Sequence record: PQ015378.1
DNA length: 64,000 bases
Direction: 5' to 3' (one strand)
The notes under the pieces are model-generated. The model did not search any database. It was not told the DNA's origin and saw only the letters and a program-made list of their open reading frames with translations. Position 1 is the first letter of the stretch. Every line of letters starts with the position of its first letter. Both the position numbers and the translations under genes were made by a program. Positions 28,980-39,119 of the stretch are shown in pieces.

Positions 28980-29762
28980 GTGGCTGTACTACGCAAAGGG
29001 GATAGCGGACCTTCCGTTCTCACCCTGCAAAAAGCACTCGTAGCCAAAGGCTACAAACTGGTACCGGACGGGAAGTTCGGTCAAGCTACTCACAACAACC
29101 TGGCTGCCTTCCAAGGAGCTAACGGACTGGCTGCTGATGGCTTAGCTGGCCCTCGTACTCTCGCTGCCCTGGGTATCGAATCGAAGTCTATTCTTGACGA
29201 GATCCCAATGCCACGAGCTAACCGTGACCGTGCTGCAGCCATGGTAACTCTGGAAGCTATCTCGAAGATCACTGGTGTCGATGCTAAACTGCTCGCTACC
29301 TTTGCATCGATCGAATCGGGCTTCGACTACACTGCCAAGGCGTCTACGTCCAGCGCTACTGGCTGGTTCCAATTCCTGGATGCTACCTGGGATGACATGC
29401 TGGCACAGACCTCCGGTAAATACGGTCTCGGTGCTTTCGATGATTCGAAACGTACTCTCCGTAAAGACCCCCGTGCGAATGGCCTGATGGGAGCAGAGTT
29501 CCTGAAAGGGAATGACCGTGTCCTTACCAAAGCTCTGGGTCGTCCAGCTACTGATACTGAGCTCTACGCAGCTCACTTCTTCGGTGCTGGTACCGCGGCC
29601 AAGTTCCTAACCATGGATCGCAATGCAATTGGCGCGGAGCATTTCCCTCGCCAGGCTGCTGCGAATGTAGGTATCTTCTACCAGCGTGACAAGAAGACCC
29701 CGCTCACGATCGGTGAGATCTTCAAACTGCTTGACTCTAAGGTTGCTGCTCACCGCAAGTAA
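28980..29762 (+). CDS. Modular endolysin: peptidoglycan-binding domain plus lytic transglycosylase (phiKZ gp144-like)
   Basis: 260 aa; LR.GD.G..V..LQ..L...DG.FG..T...FQ...GL..DG..GP.T domain followed by ASIESGF...A.G.FQF catalytic motif. Confidence 0.92.
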   Translation: MAVLRKGDSGPSVLTLQKALVAKGYKLVPDGKFGQATHNNLAAFQGANGLAADGLAGPRTLAALGIESKSILDEIPMPRANRDRAAAMVTLEAISKITGVDAKLLATFASIESGFDYTAKASTSSATGWFQFLDATWDDMLAQTSGKYGLGAFDDSKRTLRKDPRANGLMGAEFLKGNDRVLTKALGRPATDTELYAAHFFGAGTAAKFLTMDRNAIGAEHFPRQAAANVGIFYQRDKKTPLTIGEIFKLLDSKVAAHRK

Positions 29763-29788
29763 CCTCTTCGTAACAAAGGGAAATAGCC

Positions 29789-30808
29789 ATGGCTGACACT
29801 CAAGGTGCAGTACCCAGCAAAAATATGATTTCCGGAATGGACACTCTGCTCTCCCTGAGTGGTGATGAGTTCGTGGAAGTTGTGCGTTTGATGCCAGACG
29901 GTTCCTACAAGAACTATCGTACCCTGGCATCGAAACTACGTGTAGGTAAATCCGCTTTCGACATCGCTGTCGAGAATGGGTTCGTTGGAACGGAAGCCGA
30001 GTGGCTGAAAACACTGGTTGGCGAATCCGCTTACCAAACCGCTGTTCGCCTGGGCGAGTTCACCGGCACTGAATCCGAATGGGTACAATGCCTGGCTGAT
30101 CTCTACGCTCGTGATCCAGAAACTGCTGGCAAGATCCTCAAAGCGAATGCCGAAGGTATCGCACTGTGGACTACCCTGACCCCAGCAGACGTCGGTATGG
30201 ATAATCTCGACAACACAGCGGACAAAGAGAAACCGGTATCGGATCCGCAGAAGACCGAGTTCGCTCGGTATGTACTGCGCAGCCGCATGACCCAGGAAGT
30301 CATGAAAGTGCTTCTGGCTCTACCGGGGGTAGACTACACGGAAGACATGTCTGCTCTGATGATCGATGAAGGTAATGGCACTACCAAAGGTACCATCCTC
30401 CGTATCAAACGTGGCACCACTGCGCAAGCAGCTGACCACACCGGTATGGAAGGGTCTCTGTACATCGATCTGGATCTGAAACAACTGTACGGACATGACG
30501 GCACTACCAAAGGTGGCTTCCTGTTAGGCGGTGTTTCGGAAGCCCGTGTACAGCAACTGATCGATACTGCACTGGATGCTATCGATGTTGCTAAAGTACA
30601 AGGACTGCAGGATGCATTGGATGCAACCGTGAAGACTGATGACGTCGGTACCACTGTCGCCTCGTTGGTAGATGGTAAGGTTCCTGCTTCGCAATTGCCT
30701 GAAGTCGCTCTGACTGAAGCTCAAATCGAGAGCGTTGCACTTGCTCTGGGTTTCGAGAAGAATGACGAAGGTAAGTGGGTTCTCCCAGAAGCTCCGGTTG
30801 TACCTTAA
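29789..30808 (+). CDS. Tail fibre protein (gp145-like)
   Basis: N-terminus shared with the 30934 ORF; two GKSAY-type repeats; IKRGT hyaluronidase-type motif. Confidence 0.75.
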   Translation: MADTQGAVPSKNMISGMDTLLSLSGDEFVEVVRLMPDGSYKNYRTLASKLRVGKSAFDIAVENGFVGTEAEWLKTLVGESAYQTAVRLGEFTGTESEWVQCLADLYARDPETAGKILKANAEGIALWTTLTPADVGMDNLDNTADKEKPVSDPQKTEFARYVLRSRMTQEVMKVLLALPGVDYTEDMSALMIDEGNGTTKGTILRIKRGTTAQAADHTGMEGSLYIDLDLKQLYGHDGTTKGGFLLGGVSEARVQQLIDTALDAIDVAKVQGLQDALDATVKTDDVGTTVASLVDGKVPASQLPEVALTEAQIESVALALGFEKNDEGKWVLPEAPVVP

Positions 30809-30815
30809 ACATACT

Positions 30816-30833
30816 GGCTACCTTAGGGTAGCC
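30816..30833 (+). terminator. Hairpin flanked by CATA and TATG
   Basis: GGCTACC-TTAG-GGTAGCC. Confidence 0.75.
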
Positions 30834-30933
30834 TTTATGTCATCGCAGTAATTCTTTACTTACTGTATGAGTCTTATTCATTTTAAGACGACCGGTTGAT
30901 TTTACTTGGACTCTCTTTAAAGGAAACATCGCG

Positions 30934-33900
30934 ATGGCAGAGTCGAATAAGAAAGGTATGATTTCGGGTATGGATTCGCTGATCTCGATCAGCGGTGAAG
31001 AATTCCTGGAAGTCATCCGCTTGGAGAGTGACGGTTCGTACAAGAACTACAAGTTGCTCGTATCCAAGATCCGCAACAACCAAGGTCTGTCTGCTTACGA
31101 GATCGCCGTCCAGAACGGCTTTGTTGGCACGGTAGACGAGTGGCTGGCTTCCCTCGAAGGTAAGTCGGCGTATCAGATCGCTGTTGACGCTGGCTTTGTT
31201 GGCGACGAAGCGGCCTTCATCGCTTCGCTGAAAGGTGAGAAGGGTGAAGACGGTAACGAAGGTAAGTCTATCTATGACATCGCTCTGGAGAACGGCTTCA
31301 TCGGTACCGAAGCAGACTTCCTGAAAACCCTGGTCGGTAAGTCGGCATACCAAACTGCGCTGGACAACGGTTTCGTTGGTACTGAAGCGGAATGGCTGCT
31401 GTCGATCAAAGGTGACAAAGGGGATGACGGTGACGTAGGTCCAATCGGTCCTGACGGTAAATCCGCATTCGAAGTCTGGCAAGCTCTGCCAGGCAACGCT
31501 GGGAAAACCGAAGACGAGTTCTTCGAAGACCAGAAAGGTGTAACTGGTGATTCTGCCTATGAGGCAGCTGTTGCCGGTGGCTTCGTAGGAACCGAAGCCG
31601 AATGGCTGAAATCGTTGGAAGGGAAATCTGCCTACGAAATCGCCAAGGAACTCGATCCAACTCTGACCGATGAGTCCGAGTTCATCAAGTCCCTGGAAGG
31701 TAAGACTGCATTCGAAGTCGCTAAAGAAGCTGGCTTCCAGGGTACTGAAGCCGAATGGCTCGAATCCCTGGAGGGCAAGTCTGCCTACCAGATTGCCAAA
31801 GACGGTGGTTTTGTCGGCACTGAAAGTCAGTGGCTCGCTTCCCTGGAGGGTTCGGATGGTAACGACGGCAAGTCCGCGTTCGACATCTACAAAGAACTGC
31901 CGGGTAACGAGAACAAGACCGAGGCCGAATTCATCGAGTCCCTCAAGGGCGAAGATGGTACCAACGGCACGAACGGCACCAATGGTGAAGACGGTGCTGA
32001 TGGCGAATCGGCTTTCGATGCCTACAAGAAAATCCCAGGCAACGAAAACAAGACCGAGGCTGACTTCATCGCTTCGCTGAAAGGTGAGAAGGGTGAAGAC
32101 GGTACCAATGGTACCGACGGTAAGTCCGCTTATGAAGTTGCCAAGGATGATGGCTTCGTAGGTACTGTCGAGCAGTGGCTGGAAAGCCTGGTCGGTGAGA
32201 AGGGTGACATTGGCCAAGGCGTCAACGTGATCGCTACCATCGAACAAGATGAGTACGATCAAATCGTGGCCGATGGCACTTCCCAACCTGGTGACGCTTA
32301 CATCGTCGGTGTGTACCTCTACATCTTCAACGGTGTGGATTGGGTTAAGTCGAACTCGATCATGGGCCCTGCTGGTCAAGGCCTGAACTACCTTGGCCAA
32401 TGGCCGGACAACGTTCCTCTGCCTCTGGGTCCTACCTACAAGGCTGGCGACACCTACGTCTGGAAGAACCAGGGCATCACTTCGCTGTACACCCTGGTTA
32501 TCACCAAAGACGAATCCGGTGTAGAAACCAAACGTGAGTGGGTAGACATCGGTGTTCCTGGTCCTCAAGGTGCTTCGGTTTACGAGACCTGGTTGAAACA
32601 ACCTGGTAACGCAGGTAAGCCTGAATCCGAATTCCTCGAAGCCATGAAGATCAAAGGCGACAAGGGTGAGCGCGGTAACGATGGTACGAACGGCACCAAT
32701 GGTGTTGATGGTAAGTCGGCTTACGAAGTGGCTGTTGAAAACGGCTTCGTGGGTACCGTTGAACAGTGGGAAGCATCCCTGGTTGGCCCAGAAGGTCAGA
32801 AAGGTGATCCCGCTGTTGCGTTCGAGATCAAAGGTCGTCTGACTGATGAATCCGAACTCCCAACTCCAGGTGTTCCATCGGAAGCTTACTACGTCGGTAA
32901 GAACCTGTTCGTCTGGCTGGCTGACGAAACCAAGTGGGAGAACTTCGGTTCCCTGAACGGTGACTCTGCTTACCAAACCTGGCTGGAACAACCGGGCAAC
33001 GCCGGGAAGACTGAAGAAGAATTCCTGGAAAGCCTGAAAGGACAGTCGGCGTACAAACTGTGGGCTGATCAACCAGAGAACGCGGGTAAGACCGAGCAGG
33101 AATTCCTGACCTCGCTGAAAGGCAAGGACGGGATCAATGGTACCAACGGTATCGATGGTACTGACGGTAAGAACCTGCAGGTCGAAGGCACCAAAGCTGA
33201 TCTCGCGGAGATCCAAGCTATCGTTGATCCACAAGATCAAGAGGCCTGGGTTGCCCTGGACACCGGTCACCTGCACATCTTTGCGAAGGGTACATGGGTA
33301 GATGCTGGTCCATTCCGTGGTGAAGACGGTAAGGATGGTACCAACGGCACCAATGGTACCGACGGTAAGTCTGCGTACGAAACCTTCAAAGAGATCCCAG
33401 GCAACGAAGATAAGACTGAACAGGAGTTCATCGATTCGTTGAAAGGTAAAGACGGTACCAACGGAACTAATGGTACTGACGGCGAAGATGGTCGTAACGT
33501 TCAGATCACTGGTTCTGTAGCTAACGAAGCTGCATTGCCAACTGGTGCTGCTCAGCAAGATGCCTACACCGTGCGTGACACAGGTCACCTGTTCATGTGG
33601 ATCGCTACAACCTGGGTTGACCTTGGTCAGTTCAAAGGTGACAAGGGCGATACTGGTGACCAAGGTGAAATCGGTCTGACTGGTCTCGGTCTGAACATCG
33701 TTGCCGAAGTGGAAACACTGGCAGATCGTCCAGATCCTGCAACCCTGCAATCGGGTGATGCGGTATTCGTTCGTGAGAACAAGTCTCTGTATCAGCTGAA
33801 CGCACAAGGTGGCTGGAACGTCGGTATCAACATCGAAGGTCCAGTAGGTCCAGACGGTCCTCAGGGTGAGAAAGGTGATCCTGGTGGTGGCCTGAAGATC

Positions 33901-35025
33901 CTCGGCAAATATGCCACTCTTGGAGAGTTGCAGGCAGAACATGCCCAAGGCACTGCCGGTGATGCCTACCTGGTTGGTCAGAACCTTTACGCTTGGGTAA
34001 CCGATGCGTGGACTGACCTTGGCCCTGTTGTTGGCCCTCGTGGCGAACAAGGTCCAATCGGTAAGACCGGTCTGAAAGGTGAGAAGGGCGTCAAGGGTGA
34101 CCGTGGTGCTCTGTGGCTGAAACTGGAAGACGGTGTTCTCGTTCCGACTCCAGTTCACGGTACCCCTGGTGACTGGGCCGTAAACGCTCAGTTCGATACC
34201 TACTACAAAGTGGATGACACCAACTGGGTCCACTTCGGTAAACTCACCGCTGGTGACGTATGGAAACCATCGGAACTCAACATCAAGATGGTCTGGCTCA
34301 ATACCAGTGCCACTACTGGTGGTTGGGTTGTCCTGCCGGTCGACGAAGTCTCTAACCCTGAAGAGGGCGTGTACTACGTTCGTACTCGGAATGCCACCGA
34401 TCCAACCAAGACCGAGTGGACTCAGTTGCCCCACATCGCAGACATCACTGCTAAGTCGGATACCGACCAGTGGGTACGTGTGTTCAAGGCTGCCGCTGAC
34501 GCTCCGGAATGGGCGAAGCTGACTGTTCCAGATGCCGGTATCCCAGAAGCTCCGACTACTGCTGGTAAAGGGTACTTGCGTTCGGGTGCATCTGGCGGTA
34601 GCTGGATCGAAGGTCTGACTGCTCCAGCTACGGCTGGTAAGTTCCTTCGTACCCAGACCTCGTGGGAGCAGTTCAACTCCTACGACCTGGCATACAGCCA
34701 GTCTGCTGCCGCAACTTCGGCTATTGCATTCGATCTCTCGAAGCAGCAAATGGTGGAAGTTGACAACAGTGGTAACAACGCGAAGACAGTTACCCTGTCG
34801 GGCATTCCTGGAAATGGTCGTTGCACCACCGCTGTTGTCGTCGTCAAAGGCAATGGCGGTACCGTAGCCTTCACCGCACCAAACATGCTTGGTGGCGAGG
34901 TGAAGTGGAACAGTGGTACGCAACCGGTTTACACCGCAGGTTACAGTGTTGTTACGTTGCTTGTCTACGCGACTTCTGCGAACACCATTGTCATCGGTGC
35001 TACTGGTGCACAAACGTTGTCGTAA
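30934..35025 (+). CDS. Long collagen-like tail/whisker fibre (gp146-like)
   Basis: 1363 aa; Gly-X-Y runs, about 17 GKSAY repeats, about 8 small knob modules. Confidence 0.85.
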   Translation: MAESNKKGMISGMDSLISISGEEFLEVIRLESDGSYKNYKLLVSKIRNNQGLSAYEIAVQNGFVGTVDEWLASLEGKSAYQIAVDAGFVGDEAAFIASLKGEKGEDGNEGKSIYDIALENGFIGTEADFLKTLVGKSAYQTALDNGFVGTEAEWLLSIKGDKGDDGDVGPIGPDGKSAFEVWQALPGNAGKTEDEFFEDQKGVTGDSAYEAAVAGGFVGTEAEWLKSLEGKSAYEIAKELDPTLTDESEFIKSLEGKTAFEVAKEAGFQGTEAEWLESLEGKSAYQIAKDGGFVGTESQWLASLEGSDGNDGKSAFDIYKELPGNENKTEAEFIESLKGEDGTNGTNGTNGEDGADGESAFDAYKKIPGNENKTEADFIASLKGEKGEDGTNGTDGKSAYEVAKDDGFVGTVEQWLESLVGEKGDIGQGVNVIATIEQDEYDQIVADGTSQPGDAYIVGVYLYIFNGVDWVKSNSIMGPAGQGLNYLGQWPDNVPLPLGPTYKAGDTYVWKNQGITSLYTLVITKDESGVETKREWVDIGVPGPQGASVYETWLKQPGNAGKPESEFLEAMKIKGDKGERGNDGTNGTNGVDGKSAYEVAVENGFVGTVEQWEASLVGPEGQKGDPAVAFEIKGRLTDESELPTPGVPSEAYYVGKNLFVWLADETKWENFGSLNGDSAYQTWLEQPGNAGKTEEEFLESLKGQSAYKLWADQPENAGKTEQEFLTSLKGKDGINGTNGIDGTDGKNLQVEGTKADLAEIQAIVDPQDQEAWVALDTGHLHIFAKGTWVDAGPFRGEDGKDGTNGTNGTDGKSAYETFKEIPGNEDKTEQEFIDSLKGKDGTNGTNGTDGEDGRNVQITGSVANEAALPTGAAQQDAYTVRDTGHLFMWIATTWVDLGQFKGDKGDTGDQGEIGLTGLGLNIVAEVETLADRPDPATLQSGDAVFVRENKSLYQLNAQGGWNVGINIEGPVGPDGPQGEKGDPGGGLKILGKYATLGELQAEHAQGTAGDAYLVGQNLYAWVTDAWTDLGPVVGPRGEQGPIGKTGLKGEKGVKGDRGALWLKLEDGVLVPTPVHGTPGDWAVNAQFDTYYKVDDTNWVHFGKLTAGDVWKPSELNIKMVWLNTSATTGGWVVLPVDEVSNPEEGVYYVRTRNATDPTKTEWTQLPHIADITAKSDTDQWVRVFKAAADAPEWAKLTVPDAGIPEAPTTAGKGYLRSGASGGSWIEGLTAPATAGKFLRTQTSWEQFNSYDLAYSQSAAATSAIAFDLSKQQMVEVDNSGNNAKTVTLSGIPGNGRCTTAVVVVKGNGGTVAFTAPNMLGGEVKWNSGTQPVYTAGYSVVTLLVYATSANTIVIGATGAQTLS
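31030..33460 (+). repeat. Intragenic GKSAY(E/Q)xAxxxGFxGTExEWLxSL repeat array
   Basis: About 17 copies counted in the translation, with DNA-level duplications such as GCTTCGCTGAAAGGTGAGAAGGGTGAAGACGGTA near 31203 and 32071; bounds approximate. Confidence 0.85.
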
Positions 35026-35035
35026 CAAACATAAG

Positions 35036-35055
35036 GCCCGCCCCTAAAGGCGGGC
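35036..35055 (+). terminator. Hairpin flanked by CATA and TATG
   Basis: GCCCGCC-CCTAAA-GGCGGGC. Confidence 0.75.
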
Positions 35056-35100
35056 TCTATGCCGCAATGTTATGTTTACTAAATAACCCACGGAGTTATT

Positions 35101-35943
35101 ATGATCGAGCTAATGCTGATCGTTGGCAAGTCTCGAGGCGTAATTCAATTTCCTGATTCGGGTCCTGGCTCAAAGACACTTATGTTGGGTACCAAGGATT
35201 TAGGATATTTTGGAGAAGTGCCCGAGAACCAATTCTTAGGGCGTGGTGAGTTCTTAAGTATGCATCCCGTTAAGGGGGATGTAACCACACCACCTGCAGG
35301 TCATGTATTCACATGGCACAAATTCATGTACAAAGAGAAGGTAATCTATCTACCTTCATGGCACATGCAATCGAATAATAAATGGAATGACCTGTACAAC
35401 GCCGGACTCGTGTATGGTGTTGACGGTCCTGGTACTTTTCCACTCAATCCAGCGGTTAATCAGCGGACTGCTTTCTTAAGGCCAGACTTATCTGACGGTC
35501 GATACTACGAGTTCATTACCCGTTTACCTCAAGGCCACGAAGCCGATCCATATACGGATGCAACTAATCTTCGAAACAATGAATGGACCGACATTGTCAA
35601 TTTTAATATCGGTCAGGCCATTCCGTCGCTAGGCACAGCGGTATTAACGTATAATACGTTCTCTACACTGGTTGAACGCTACGGTTATCGCTCCAAGACA
35701 GCAATAACGGCGTGGGACAAGAATACGCCATCGACTGGACTCGCATGGGTACCGTTCATTGAACTAGTGCCACTAGGGTCAAAAGCAATTGGACCAACGA
35801 ACATCTACTCGATATTTGATGGCGACAATCCGCCGTATGGCGTAAATGCAGATTTCGTTGATCTGGCTCTTTCTCCATCCAACGTGTACGCTACCCAACA
35901 CAATCAACGTCAACCACAATTGCTCTCGTTTGAGCTGACGTGA
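35101..35943 (+). CDS. Putative virion structural protein (GPG...GYFG...WHKF family)
   Basis: 280 aa, GGAG RBS; paralogous to the next two ORFs. Confidence 0.75.
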   Translation: MIELMLIVGKSRGVIQFPDSGPGSKTLMLGTKDLGYFGEVPENQFLGRGEFLSMHPVKGDVTTPPAGHVFTWHKFMYKEKVIYLPSWHMQSNNKWNDLYNAGLVYGVDGPGTFPLNPAVNQRTAFLRPDLSDGRYYEFITRLPQGHEADPYTDATNLRNNEWTDIVNFNIGQAIPSLGTAVLTYNTFSTLVERYGYRSKTAITAWDKNTPSTGLAWVPFIELVPLGSKAIGPTNIYSIFDGDNPPYGVNADFVDLALSPSNVYATQHNQRQPQLLSFELT

Positions 35944-35950
35944 GGTAACA

Positions 35951-36895
35951 ATGAATTTAGAACTAATCTGGGAAAACAAAAACAGTATTCCCGTCACTAC
36001 CGAAATTTATCGTGGTGATGCCCCACTGGATCGTGAGAACCTCGGTACCCCGTTGGTTACGTTGACTGAACAAGAGACGCGTTGGGTTGACCAGTCCGTA
36101 GATCGCTCCAAGCTTTACTACTACGTGTTTGTGACGATCACAGAGAACGATCGTAACGTTTCTCAAAACTACCCAATGCGTGCTGTCCCACGGCGTGGTC
36201 CTGGTCCAACTGATGTCGTCATGGGCGACATGAACCTTGGTTATTTTGGTACCATTCAACAAAGCATGTTTATTGGGGCGGAACGTTTGGCGGGGCATTG
36301 TGGGTTCCCTGCCGTTGGACCAACCTACAACTTTGCAGGTGTCACGCATTGGCACAAGTTCATTAGAAATGGCAAGGTGTTGTTCGTTCCTAACCAAGTT
36401 ATCTCGATCTCGGCTATCACGGCAAAGATGATCTATGAGGCTGGCTGTACTTATGGAACTGATGATAATGGCCCACAGGTCCCACCGAATTGCACGCCAA
36501 CCCCACAAACGAAACGAATCACTATTGGGCCGGATACATTCCGAATTCGTGTAGCCCGTGGTTGGGGTGATGACCCTTCCATTCCAATGCCTGGTGGTAT
36601 TGTTGCCACACCAGAAGGAAAGTCCGAGTGGAGTGACCTAGTCTACCCGCAGTTCATTGTTGTTCCACCAGATCAGACACTGCCAAATATCAATACCATA
36701 GACACTGTAACTGGACTGGGTATAAACGCGACTTCTGGTGCAGTGTGTCAAGAGGTTCTGACAGCTACAACGATCATGGTACGTGGTTCAGCATACGTGT
36801 TAACGCAAAGACAATCGCCGATGTATTGTGCACCAAAAACACCGACCGATAACGCCGTTGCATGGTACCCAGTACTGGAATTGGTGGAGGATTAA
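35951..36895 (+). CDS. Putative virion structural protein with FN3-like N-terminus (same family)
   Basis: 314 aa; L.W.N...EIYR...YYYV N-domain followed by the GPGP...GYFG...WHKF domain. Confidence 0.75.
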   Translation: MNLELIWENKNSIPVTTEIYRGDAPLDRENLGTPLVTLTEQETRWVDQSVDRSKLYYYVFVTITENDRNVSQNYPMRAVPRRGPGPTDVVMGDMNLGYFGTIQQSMFIGAERLAGHCGFPAVGPTYNFAGVTHWHKFIRNGKVLFVPNQVISISAITAKMIYEAGCTYGTDDNGPQVPPNCTPTPQTKRITIGPDTFRIRVARGWGDDPSIPMPGGIVATPEGKSEWSDLVYPQFIVVPPDQTLPNINTIDTVTGLGINATSGAVCQEVLTATTIMVRGSAYVLTQRQSPMYCAPKTPTDNAVAWYPVLELVED

Positions 36896-36896
36896 A

Positions 36897-37820
36897 ATGC
36901 CGGTAAAACTCAATTGGTATAACAATACCCAAGACCTAGAACAACAAAACATCTATCGGAATGATTCACCGATAGACGAGGTCAATCCAGGTGTACCACT
37001 GGCAACAGTTGGTAGTGGTGTATTCACTTACACCGACAACACGGCCGTCCAGGGTAAGTTCTACTACTACGCAGTGGGTGGTGTCAAAGATGGTGATGTA
37101 TCGTTGTCTAAACAAATGCCAGTACTGTACGTGTCTGACACAGGGCCAGGACCAACCAAAATCATTCGAGGGGATTGGGAATACGGTTACTTTGGAACTC
37201 TGCCCCTGGCGGACCTAGCCGACTCTGCAACCATCCGTAACGAACTTGGTCTGAGTGGTCTCGGTAACCCGGCGGGCGCGGCAATGGCTACCCTGTGGCA
37301 CAAGTTCGCGTACAAAGGAAAGGTAATCTTCTTCCCGGACCGTTATCTGTTTTCTAACTCTGGATGGAAGATGATGTACGATGCGGGTTGCATGTATGGT
37401 AGTATGCCCGTCCCTGACCATGTTATTACTCGCTACGGCAATGTCCCTCAGAACAAAGTGATTACCTTGAATAATCGGAACTACGTTTTCCGGCAGGCAA
37501 CGTCACGGGCACCAGGTGCTGCAGATTCAGTGAAGACTGGTGGTGAAGTAGATGAGTTGTTCGCGGCTGTTCGTCTACATAAGAACTATTTTGCACCTGG
37601 CAAGTTTGGAGTTGATGACCTCACCCCAATGCAGGCTTCGACTTACTTCTTGACTACCGACATGGATGCGCCAACGAATCCAAACTCGAACGTCATTACA
37701 CGCGGTGCAACGGGCACAGCTCCCGATAACACGAAACAGGACATGGTCATGACTCCAGTCAACCCTGCAACCATAACCACGGCATATAACCTCAAGCCAA
37801 TCCTTGAACTCGTGCTGTAA
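36897..37820 (+). CDS. Putative virion structural protein with FN3-like N-terminus (same family)
   Basis: GGAGG RBS before ATG36897; same two-domain layout. Confidence 0.75.
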   Translation: MPVKLNWYNNTQDLEQQNIYRNDSPIDEVNPGVPLATVGSGVFTYTDNTAVQGKFYYYAVGGVKDGDVSLSKQMPVLYVSDTGPGPTKIIRGDWEYGYFGTLPLADLADSATIRNELGLSGLGNPAGAAMATLWHKFAYKGKVIFFPDRYLFSNSGWKMMYDAGCMYGSMPVPDHVITRYGNVPQNKVITLNNRNYVFRQATSRAPGAADSVKTGGEVDELFAAVRLHKNYFAPGKFGVDDLTPMQASTYFLTTDMDAPTNPNSNVITRGATGTAPDNTKQDMVMTPVNPATITTAYNLKPILELVL

Positions 37821-37829
37821 CGGCATAAA

Positions 37830-37848
37830 GCCACCCTCATGGGGTGGC
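37830..37848. terminator. Hairpin between convergent genes, flanked by CATA and TATG
   Basis: GCCACCC-TCATG-GGGTGGC; the minus-strand gene's stop lies in the loop. Confidence 0.75.
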
Positions 37849-38646
37849 TTTTATGTCGCCTAAGCGGATGTAGTCGTATGCAGCTTCTTCTTCTTTTACA
37901 TCACGAACGAGAGGCTCAGGGTTACTGGAGAACCGTGGGTTGACTAGACTGAAGTAACCAGCATCGATGTAGTTGATATCCATGTTGTGCTGTGTAGCCA
38001 ACCGGAACATCAAGAACTCATGCTTCTGTTGTTCCAAGCTGAGTTCAGAAGGATCACGGTCAAACAACTTTGGATGGACTACCACGAAGTCAGACATCAG
38101 GGTTGCAACAATTGCAACGTGGTGGATCTTGAACCACTCTGCGAAGTCGTAGAGGACCAACATGCCGTAACCACTCGATAGCAGTTCCGGCGACATCTCT
38201 TCCAGGGAATGGCTTACCACCATAACCGGAAGCTCAGTGCCATATTTGAGCTGCATGATGTTGATCAGCTCTTGCTTCTCTTGGAACGAGAGATCGTAAG
38301 GGTAGATGTTGATGGCTAACCCGATCTCTTCTTCGATCGGTGTCATACCAGACATCATGTTGATATCTGCTTCGGCAAGACACTGATAGATGAAAGGAGA
38401 CAACCCGGATTCGAAACATGCGTCGAGCGTACGACGTGTATTCTCTCCACCACGTTCCGCCCAGGCTTTCTGAAAGACTTCATTCGGCACTCGCCCCCCG
38501 GTCAACTTGTACCAGTCATCGTAGTTCCGTTCCCAGTAAGTCAGCGAACTGACGAGATGTTTCGCTGCATCACTGTCGATGTTGGAGATAACGCCCAGCC
38601 GGGTATCCAGCAAGGCGTCTAGCGAGATCATGATTCGTCTGATCAT
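37837..38646 (-). CDS. Conserved hypothetical protein (gp147-like)
   Basis: Start MIRRIMISLDALLDTRLG coupled by ATGA overlap to the upstream gene. Confidence 0.7.
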   Translation of the reverse strand: MIRRIMISLDALLDTRLGVISNIDSDAAKHLVSSLTYWERNYDDWYKLTGGRVPNEVFQKAWAERGGENTRRTLDACFESGLSPFIYQCLAEADINMMSGMTPIEEEIGLAINIYPYDLSFQEKQELINIMQLKYGTELPVMVVSHSLEEMSPELLSSGYGMLVLYDFAEWFKIHHVAIVATLMSDFVVVHPKLFDRDPSELSLEQQKHEFLMFRLATQHNMDINYIDAGYFSLVNPRFSSNPEPLVRDVKEEEAAYDYIRLGDIKATP

Positions 38647-39119
38647 TGGGCTTTCCGTCCCATTGCCAGCATAACCTCGATAGTAACCGATTCTAGTGTC
38701 GATGCCAGCAAAGGCATGAAAAGCCATTGGTTCTGCTGTAGAATCGTTTTAAGGGCGGTGTCAGGAGCTCTACGGGACAGTGTCATCTGGTCAACGACGT
38801 TAGACTTGTCCGAATACTGAATTACCCGCGCACAGAAGTAATCCAACGAGCCTTCGATGTCACCCAGTGCGAGATTGAAGGTTGTGGCTGCTGACATGAA
38901 CAGCAGGTAGAAATCTGGTACGTTGCGAATGTCGTCGTACACACGACGGACAAACGATTCGTTCTTACCCTCACGGAGTAAGTTGTGATAACGAACGTTT
39001 CGGATAACTTGCAAGAGGTTGGTGAGTTGGGATTTCTCGCCCACTTCGTCCATGGACAAAAACTCAACCAGCCCGGCTCTCCAGGCTTCCCGGAGAACAT
39101 CGATTGGTTCTTGGTTCAT
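38643..39119 (-). CDS. Conserved hypothetical/virion protein (gp148-like)
   Basis: 158 aa, coupled to the vRNAP gene. Confidence 0.7.
   Translation of the reverse strand: MNQEPIDVLREAWRAGLVEFLSMDEVGEKSQLTNLLQVIRNVRYHNLLREGKNESFVRRVYDDIRNVPDFYLLFMSAATTFNLALGDIEGSLDYFCARVIQYSDKSNVVDQMTLSRRAPDTALKTILQQNQWLFMPLLASTLESVTIEVMLAMGRKAQ

Noticed and set aside
31030-33460. Possible CRISPR-like array
   Set aside because: The repeats are in-frame protein repeats with synonymous variation, not constant repeats with unique spacers.
30883-35028. 1381-aa antisense ORF opposite the long fibre gene (similar mirrors at 49922-51127, 51457-52608, 53257-54507, 48291-49328, 46389-47561)
   Set aside because: Same codon-bias shadow effect; all align exactly with highly expressed structural genes.
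37837-38646. HAD-family phosphatase call from the N-terminal ISLDALLD motif
   Set aside because: The first catalytic Asp of DxD is not clearly present and the other HAD motifs were not recognised; left as hypothetical.
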